Virus record (IMG/VR): IMGVR_UViG_3300037247_001786
Span: 128,001-192,000 of that record
Length of the DNA: 64,000 bases
Source of the DNA: a virus
Taxonomy: Duplodnaviria > Caudoviricetes
Strand: one strand, 5' to 3'
Below the pieces are notes generated by a model. The model did not search any database, had not been told where the DNA came from, and saw only the letters and a list, made by a program, of their open reading frames with translations. Shown one piece after another: positions 58,388 to 64,000 of the stretch; within the stretch, counting starts at the first letter, position 1; every line of letters begins with the position of its first letter. The position numbers and the translations under genes were made by a program.

Positions 58388-60061
58388 ATGGAAGATATTC
58401 CAGTAGAAGAAAGTAGACAAACACTTGAGATGATGGCAACGAAGGATTTTAGAGACGATTTTTTAACACAGTTAAAAGCTCGGTACCCATTATTTTATGT
58501 TACGACGAATGAGGAAAAACGTTTTTATTCATTTCTAGAACATTTTTGCAGAGTTCATGGGTACTCTTGTTATCTGTGGGATTGTTTTAGAGGATTAATA
58601 GATATTGAGACGGCAGAACCAGTCGGAGGGACAGATGAGACAATTAGGCTTCCCAATTCGATACTAGAGCATATTCGAGAAGAATCTTCGCGTCTTGCAG
58701 GAGATAATGATAGATTAACTAGTCTAAAAAGTAGAGGTAAGAGAGGAGTCATATATATTCTTCTTGACTTCTTTAGATTTATTGATCCTAAGCACAGGTC
58801 TCCTCAATGGGATATTGAAAGGAGATTGAAGTCTTTAACAAATATCGATGGAGTTGTTTCTACAATAATGACCGGACCCAGATATGCTATTCCAGAAGTC
58901 CTTGAAAATTTAGTTCAGACGATAGATTTTCCGTATCCTAATAAAAATGAAATTAAAAATGTTCTTTGGGGAGCCGTATCTAGTGTCGAGGCGAAGATTA
59001 AGAATATTAGGGAAGATACAATCGATATCGAAGAAAATTTAGTTAATTCAGTGAGTGGATTAACTTTGCTAGAGGCTCAAACGGCTTTTGCGAAATCTCT
59101 TGTATTGCATAAAGGATGGGATATCCAAACCTTGCTAAAAGAGAAGAAGCAGATTATAGCGAAAAGTGGTATGCTTGAGTTCTATGACAAAACCGTAAGT
59201 GTAGACGAGATAGGAGGTCTCAAACATTTAATCAACTGGATAAAAGATAGGAAACATTGTTTTAGTGAGGAGGCGGAAGCCTATGGTCTACCTAAGCCAA
59301 AAGGTATTTTAACAATAGGCTTTCCAGGAACAGGTAAAAGTTTAACCTGTAAAGCTGTTTCTGGATTATGGGGGATGCCTTTATTGAGATTGGATTTTGG
59401 AAAAATGTTTCAATCTCATGTTGGTGCTTCTGAGGAAAATATTAGAAATGCTATTAAGCTGGCGGAAACTGTCGCCCCTTGCGTTTTGTGGATCGACGAA
59501 ATAGAAAAAGCTATTTCGGGAGTTCGTTCTAGTGGAAGTACAGATGGAGGGACTACAAGTCGTGTTTTAAGTACCTTTCTAACTTGGATGCAAGAAAAAG
59601 AAGCTCCAGTTTTTGTTGTTGCAACGGCTAATGATTACACATCTATTCCTGCTGAATTTTTAAGAGCAGGCAGATTTGATGAAATCTTTTTTGTTAATGT
59701 TCCAAATAGAACGGAAAGAAAAGAAATATTTTCAGTTCAATTAATAAAAAAAGGTTATGATCCTAAAGATTTCGATATTGAAGAGTTGGCTAGAATAACT
59801 GACCATTACACAGGAGCAGAAACTGAAAAGGCGATAGATAAAGCTATGCTAGCTGGTTTTGTTGATGGTAAAAGACCGATAACAACAAAAGATATTATTA
59901 TTGCTGTAAAGGCGTTCACTCCTCTTGCAATAATGAGAGCAGAAGAATTTGAGGGTATGTCTGAGTGGGCCGCCGATAACTGTGTCTCTGCTAGTGAGGA
60001 GGAACCTGTAGTTAAAGAAACTATGGGAATTAGTCACATAAAGAATATAGATATAGAGTAA
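58388..60061 (+). CDS. AAA+ ATPase, Ycf46-like
   Basis: GFPGTGKS Walker A; [23 protein letters not shown]; LWIDEIEKA Walker B; [24 protein letters not shown]; N-terminal [15 protein letters not shown] domain. Confidence 0.9.
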   Translation: MEDIPVEESRQTLEMMATKDFRDDFLTQLKARYPLFYVTTNEEKRFYSFLEHFCRVHGYSCYLWDCFRGLIDIETAEPVGGTDETIRLPNSILEHIREESSRLAGDNDRLTSLKSRGKRGVIYILLDFFRFIDPKHRSPQWDIERRLKSLTNIDGVVSTIMTGPRYAIPEVLENLVQTIDFPYPNKNEIKNVLWGAVSSVEAKIKNIREDTIDIEENLVNSVSGLTLLEAQTAFAKSLVLHKGWDIQTLLKEKKQIIAKSGMLEFYDKTVSVDEIGGLKHLINWIKDRKHCFSEEAEAYGLPKPKGILTIGFPGTGKSLTCKAVSGLWGMPLLRLDFGKMFQSHVGASEENIRNAIKLAETVAPCVLWIDEIEKAISGVRSSGSTDGGTTSRVLSTFLTWMQEKEAPVFVVATANDYTSIPAEFLRAGRFDEIFFVNVPNRTERKEIFSVQLIKKGYDPKDFDIEELARITDHYTGAETEKAIDKAMLAGFVDGKRPITTKDIIIAVKAFTPLAIMRAEEFEGMSEWAADNCVSASEEEPVVKETMGISHIKNIDIE

Positions 60062-60088
60062 GGATATAGAGCAAGGATATAGAGTGAA
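60050..60088 (+). repeat. Three tandem 13-bp units GATATAGAG(TAAG/CAAG/TGAA)
   Basis: Read directly; spans the AAA stop codon and the GTG start of the next gene. Confidence 0.85.
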
Positions 60089-60908
60089 AAATATTGCCAC
60101 ATTAAAAAAAATATATTATCAAAATTATATTAGTAAGTTCAACTTTGCGAATATGAGCGAAGAGGAGGCGAGTAAAACCAAATTGCGTTGCAAGTCGGTA
60201 TCCGAAGTTAAGTCTCTTATCGATATAGTCATTGATAGAGAGTATAGAGGTTTGACTATATTCGATATGACAGGCGAGACTAAAAATAAGCAAAAGGTAC
60301 TGGACTCTAAAGAGGCGATAAGAGCAAAGAATTTAATATGTAAATATATTTGGGGCTATAGTTGGGAAGAGTTGAAATCCAAGTTTGGCGAAGAAAAAAA
60401 TATAAAAAAATATATTTCTTTTAATTCTGTTTTAATGAGAAGATTAGAGAATGGGAATAATGTAATTATTTACGGTGGAACTAATGGACCTTGTGGTAGA
60501 ACATTAGTCGCCTCTATTATTATTAAAGAAGCTATTAAGATGAGATTATTTACTCCAGATATTATTTCTCAAACATATGGTTGGGTTGATTTTCAGACTT
60601 TAACTAAAGACTTAAGAGATGATAGTAAGGCTGCGGTTCATTACAGAACAGCAGATTGGTTAGTTGTTGATAGTATTTATTTTCCAAAAGGTGAAACAGA
60701 TGGTCAATTCGCCTATAGAACTAATTTGCAAGATCCTTTTTTTATATATAGACTAAAAAATAATTTACCTACTATACTTGTGTTTCAATATGATATAAGA
60801 TTAAAGATAAGTCCATTATATAAAACTTTTGGCATAGGTATCTCCAATATCGTTAATAATCCGAGAGCTTGTAGAATTCCATTAAGTAAGAGAGAGGAAA
60901 ATGAGTGA
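60084..60908 (+). CDS. DnaC/IstB-like helicase-loader homologue with degenerate Walker A
   Basis: NVIIYGGTNGPCGRTLVAS, ADWLVVDS, RLKNNLPTILV follow the DnaC/IstB layout; immediately upstream of the DnaB-like gene. Confidence 0.6.
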   Translation: MKNIATLKKIYYQNYISKFNFANMSEEEASKTKLRCKSVSEVKSLIDIVIDREYRGLTIFDMTGETKNKQKVLDSKEAIRAKNLICKYIWGYSWEELKSKFGEEKNIKKYISFNSVLMRRLENGNNVIIYGGTNGPCGRTLVASIIIKEAIKMRLFTPDIISQTYGWVDFQTLTKDLRDDSKAAVHYRTADWLVVDSIYFPKGETDGQFAYRTNLQDPFFIYRLKNNLPTILVFQYDIRLKISPLYKTFGIGISNIVNNPRACRIPLSKREENE

Positions 60909-62391
60909 AAGTGTATTAAAACAAGAGAAGCAATTTATTTACCTTCTTTTAAAAAATAAAGAGTTGGTTAATGATTATATCGAGAGCACTCTCTGTCCAG
61001 ATTTTTTTCATATAGATCATCAAAATATCTTAAGGGCTATCGAAGACGCCTATGAAAAAAACGTATCGTTGACAAGGCGTTCTTTTTCTGAATTTATTAA
61101 AAGGTTAAAGAGTCCTAAAGAAAAATTGCAGGAAGAAACAACATTCAATAGTTGCCTTGTCTCTGTCGCTAAGATAGATGATTTTCCTTTATTAGCAAAT
61201 GCAATATCAGAAGATTTTATTCTAAGAAAGACGGGAGACCAGATACATGATTTTAAAAAGAATATTGAGACAAGAGGAGTGTCATCAGCATTTAAGGATT
61301 TTGTAGAAAATATTCAAAATATTTCTGTAGATAATGCTGCTTTAGGTAGGCAGTCGTATTACGATGATATTGGATTATTGTCGAGAGAACATTTTATTTA
61401 CAAAGAAAAAGTTAGAAGTGGAGAGATAAAAACACCTCCTAGAATTTTAACAGGCATAAGAGAAATAGATGATACGATGGGAACTGGACTAGCTCCAGGA
61501 ACGATGACCTTAATTTGTGCTGATGTCGGCGGTTTTAAATCTATGATGATGATGAATATAGGTCTGAATGTTTGGGAAAGTGGATATGATGTTCTTTTTA
61601 TTCCTATCGAAATGGCTAAAGAACAAGTCTATGAGCGTATTTGGTCTCGACAGTCAAATGTCGAGCAGGAAAAAATACAGAAAGTAGAGTATTCTGATGA
61701 AGATGCAGCAAAGGTGGGAATTGTTATTGATAAATTCGAAAATAGTGATAACAAATTTTTTATTATGCAATCTCCAGGAGACACTACGGTTTCTATTATT
61801 GCAAGGCAAGTTAAAAAATATCATGACATCTTTAAGCCACAGTTAGTTGTTGTTGACTATATTGATAATCTTGAAAGCGATAAAGCAAAAGATAGACACG
61901 ATCTAGAGATTAGCGATATGTTGCAGAAATTAAGAACTATGGGAAGGGATTTAGGGTTTGCTGTTCTTTCAGGAGCACAAATAGGCAGGGATGCTTTGAA
62001 GAGAATTAGAAAAGCGGGGGCAAGTAAAGATGGTCAGTCGGTTAATTCTGAGGATATTAGAGGTGCTCATAGTTTTGCAATGGACTCTGATTATATACTC
62101 GCTCAAATTCCAAATACAGCACAGACTGAATCTTTATTAGATATATATGTAGTTAAAGCACGTAATGGTAAAAAGACATTCGCTAATGGTCACTTAAAAG
62201 CTAGTCTTGAAGTAATTCCAGAAGTACAACTAATAAGAAGTGTTCTCGATTTTGATATGTCTGACGATGCTATATTAGATAAGGTTGAGATGTACGAAAG
62301 TGTCGAAAATCAGATATCTAAAACTGACGACTTTGACAAAATGATGGGAATAGATTCAACAGTAGATAATTTTGACTTTGAGGATTTTTAA
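60901..62391 (+). CDS. dnaB: Replicative DnaB-like helicase
   Basis: N-terminal EKQFIYLLL..DFF..HQNILRAI; LTGIREIDDTMG..GTMTLICADVGGFKS; FIPIEM; VVVDYID; LSGAQ..R; DIRGAHSFAMDSD; VVKARNG. Confidence 0.88.
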   Translation: MSESVLKQEKQFIYLLLKNKELVNDYIESTLCPDFFHIDHQNILRAIEDAYEKNVSLTRRSFSEFIKRLKSPKEKLQEETTFNSCLVSVAKIDDFPLLANAISEDFILRKTGDQIHDFKKNIETRGVSSAFKDFVENIQNISVDNAALGRQSYYDDIGLLSREHFIYKEKVRSGEIKTPPRILTGIREIDDTMGTGLAPGTMTLICADVGGFKSMMMMNIGLNVWESGYDVLFIPIEMAKEQVYERIWSRQSNVEQEKIQKVEYSDEDAAKVGIVIDKFENSDNKFFIMQSPGDTTVSIIARQVKKYHDIFKPQLVVVDYIDNLESDKAKDRHDLEISDMLQKLRTMGRDLGFAVLSGAQIGRDALKRIRKAGASKDGQSVNSEDIRGAHSFAMDSDYILAQIPNTAQTESLLDIYVVKARNGKKTFANGHLKASLEVIPEVQLIRSVLDFDMSDDAILDKVEMYESVENQISKTDDFDKMMGIDSTVDNFDFEDF

Positions 62392-62393
62392 AA

Positions 62394-64000
62394 ATGTCGT
62401 CTAATTCAATTTATACAAATGAGATTTTTCGTAAAAGAAAAATAACGGATTATCTTGCTAGTAAGGGGATATTTCCACAGAAAGAACATGGAAATAGAAA
62501 GCTATATCGATGCCCTGTTCATCAAGGGGACACCTCTCCATCTATGACCGTCTTTACAGATTCTGAATATGAAAATTATTATTGTTTTGGTTGCATTGAG
62601 GAAAATGAATTAATCTGGACATCTTCTGGTTTAAAAAAAATAATTGACATACAAACTGGTGACAAGGTTCTGGATATTCATGGCAACTTCTCAAGAGTAG
62701 GAAGAACGAAAATATCAGAAAAAAATATTTCTAGTATAAAATTAGAGTGTTGTTCTGACCCCCTCTATCTGACTCCTGACCATACTTGTTTATATCTATC
62801 AAAAGAAGACGTTGGAGAGAATCTTCCCTATATAAAAAAATATAAAAACTCATTTGTCTTTAGCAACAAGGATAAGCAGAGGAAGAGAGGGAAAAAATAT
62901 AGAGATAAATTAGAATTTTTAGAATTTAGGGAGAACAATCTTAAGGATATTAAAGAAGGTGACTTTTTCGTTTTTCCCGTTATAGATGAACGTAAACGAG
63001 TTAATAAGGATTTGGTAAAATTATCTATTTTAAAAGAATATACAAAAGGTCCTAAAAATAAGAGGATTAAAGGATTCAAAGCTAATAAAAATTCTGCTTT
63101 TATCATCGGTATATGGTTGGCAGAGGGGAGTATTTGTTCTGAAGGAAGAGTTGTAAGGTGGACTTTTAATATTAATGAAAAACATATTGCTGAAAAACTT
63201 TCGAATGCTTTATATAGTGAATTCCAGTTAAAATCTCAAATAAGAGAGTACCCTAAAAAGAATACATGCGAACTTGATTGCTGTAATGTTGATTTGGCGA
63301 AACAGTTTAAATATTGGTTTAATACTGGGTCTAGTAATAAAGATATTCCAATAAGTATTTTAAATTGGGAAGGAGAGTTGCAGTCGATATTAATAGAGTC
63401 TTTTGTCTTAGGTGATGGATGTAAATCCGGAAGGCAATGTTATACAGTTTCTCAAAAACTTGCATATTCATTATTTTGCTTATCGATACAGTCTGGCAGA
63501 TATCCCTATCTAACTCCGAGACAAAGTAGAGTTGATAAAAAAGGAGTTTCTCATAAAAAATCTTACTGTATAGGATTTAGTTCAAAGGAGAGAATGAACG
63601 GCTTTTATGAAACTATCAAAGGAGTTAAGTATTATATAGCAAAAATAAAAGAGATACAACATTATTCTAAAAAGAAGAAAGTTGTAGATATAGAAGTAGA
63701 AGGGTCGCATTCTTTTGTTACAAAATTAGGAGCGGTTCACAATTGTCATTCCGGAACTACTATAATAAATCTTGTATCTGATATGGAGAATATTAATACT
63801 AGAGAAGCTTTTAAGATACTTATTACCGGACTCGAAATATCTGGGTCAAAGGCTCTCGATGATTTCTCAACCGATTATGACGAGTTCGTTAAAGCTGGGT
63901 CTTATGACGATATTAATAGTATAATAGATATAGAGGCTTTATCTCTTAGGATAAGTGTTGAGTGTTATAATTTTTTAAAATCTAATACTGATTTTGATAG
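62394..64000 (+). CDS. CHC2 zinc-finger (DnaG-type zinc-binding domain) protein, probable primase, intein-containing, 3'-truncated (not in ORF track)
   Basis: Hand translation open from the ATG at 62394 to the window end: YRCPVHQGDTSPSM..YYCFG|intein|CHSGTTIINLVSDMEN..EAFKIL. The catalytic TOPRIM core is not visible in the window. Confidence 0.85.
   Translation, partial: MSSNSIYTNEIFRKRKITDYLASKGIFPQKEHGNRKLYRCPVHQGDTSPSMTVFTDSEYENYYCFGCIEENELIWTSSGLKKIIDIQTGDKVLDIHGNFSRVGRTKISEKNISSIKLECCSDPLYLTPDHTCLYLSKEDVGENLPYIKKYKNSFVFSNKDKQRKRGKKYRDKLEFLEFRENNLKDIKEGDFFVFPVIDERKRVNKDLVKLSILKEYTKGPKNKRIKGFKANKNSAFIIGIWLAEGSICSEGRVVRWTFNINEKHIAEKLSNALYSEFQLKSQIREYPKKNTCELDCCNVDLAKQFKYWFNTGSSNKDIPISILNWEGELQSILIESFVLGDGCKSGRQCYTVSQKLAYSLFCLSIQSGRYPYLTPRQSRVDKKGVSHKKSYCIGFSSKERMNGFYETIKGVKYYIAKIKEIQHYSKKKKVVDIEVEGSHSFVTKLGAVHNCHSGTTIINLVSDMENINTREAFKILITGLEISGSKALDDFSTDYDEFVKAGSYDDINSIIDIEALSLRISVECYNFLKSNTDFD
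62592..63743 (+). mobile_element. Intein with LAGLIDADG homing endonuclease (384 aa)
   Basis: Block A CIEENELIWT..IQTGDKVL; block B LTPDH; block C IGIWLAEGS; block E SFVLGDG; blocks F/G VVDIEVEGSHSFV..VHN followed by +1 Cys. Confidence 0.93.

Noticed and set aside
56-63106. Numerous 60-134 aa ORFs antisense to or nested in the long genes (e.g. 28375..28779, 42080..42466, 44539..44904, 55314..55703, 62828..63106)
   Set aside because: They lie wholly within clearly coding frames, lack SD or promoter support, and have the composition expected of shadow frames; 62828..63106 is antisense to the intein.
1-64000. CRISPR array, tRNA/rRNA genes, diversity-generating retroelement, IS transposase or integrase
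   Set aside because: No spaced direct repeats, cloverleaf, reverse transcriptase or DDE/tyrosine recombinase motifs were seen by eye; intergenic space is too small for an array. tRNAscan/CRT were not run.

Overview
AT-rich, tightly packed window in which every supportable gene but one (48948..49241) is on the + strand. It reads best as part of a large (jumbo-type) dsDNA bacteriophage genome. This is an inference: no capsid, portal, terminase or integrase is in view, but there are giant signal-peptide-less structural-type proteins, free-standing HNH genes, an intein, a phage-type replication block and sigma70/SD signals. About 1-47 kb is a run of very large acidic proteins (up to 1994 aa) built from beta-propellers (Asp-box, NHL, FG-GAP, Kelch) and FN3-like, Ig-like, LamG and vWA modules, probably tail/baseplate/appendage proteins. 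It is interrupted at 10-12 kb by an RHH-HNH-glycosyltransferase module. About 47-54 kb is accessory: three more glycosyltransferases, DUF4238, a second RHH-HNH-GT module and small ORFs. About 54-64 kb holds an SF2 helicase, an orphan adenine methyltransferase, IF3, a Ycf46-like AAA ATPase, a degenerate DnaC-like protein, a DnaB-like helicase and a CHC2 zinc-finger (primase-type) gene that runs off the edge and carries a 384-aa LAGLIDADG intein. Top finding: one vWA/MIDAS domain is split between two separate adjacent giant genes. Also notable: the twice-occurring RHH-HNH-GT4 cassette with a shared upstream motif, an intein placed on a zinc-ligand Cys, two predicted leaderless genes alongside a phage IF3, and a lectin-like domain that spans an in-frame stop. 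Domain calls are by motif recognition only; no searches were run.
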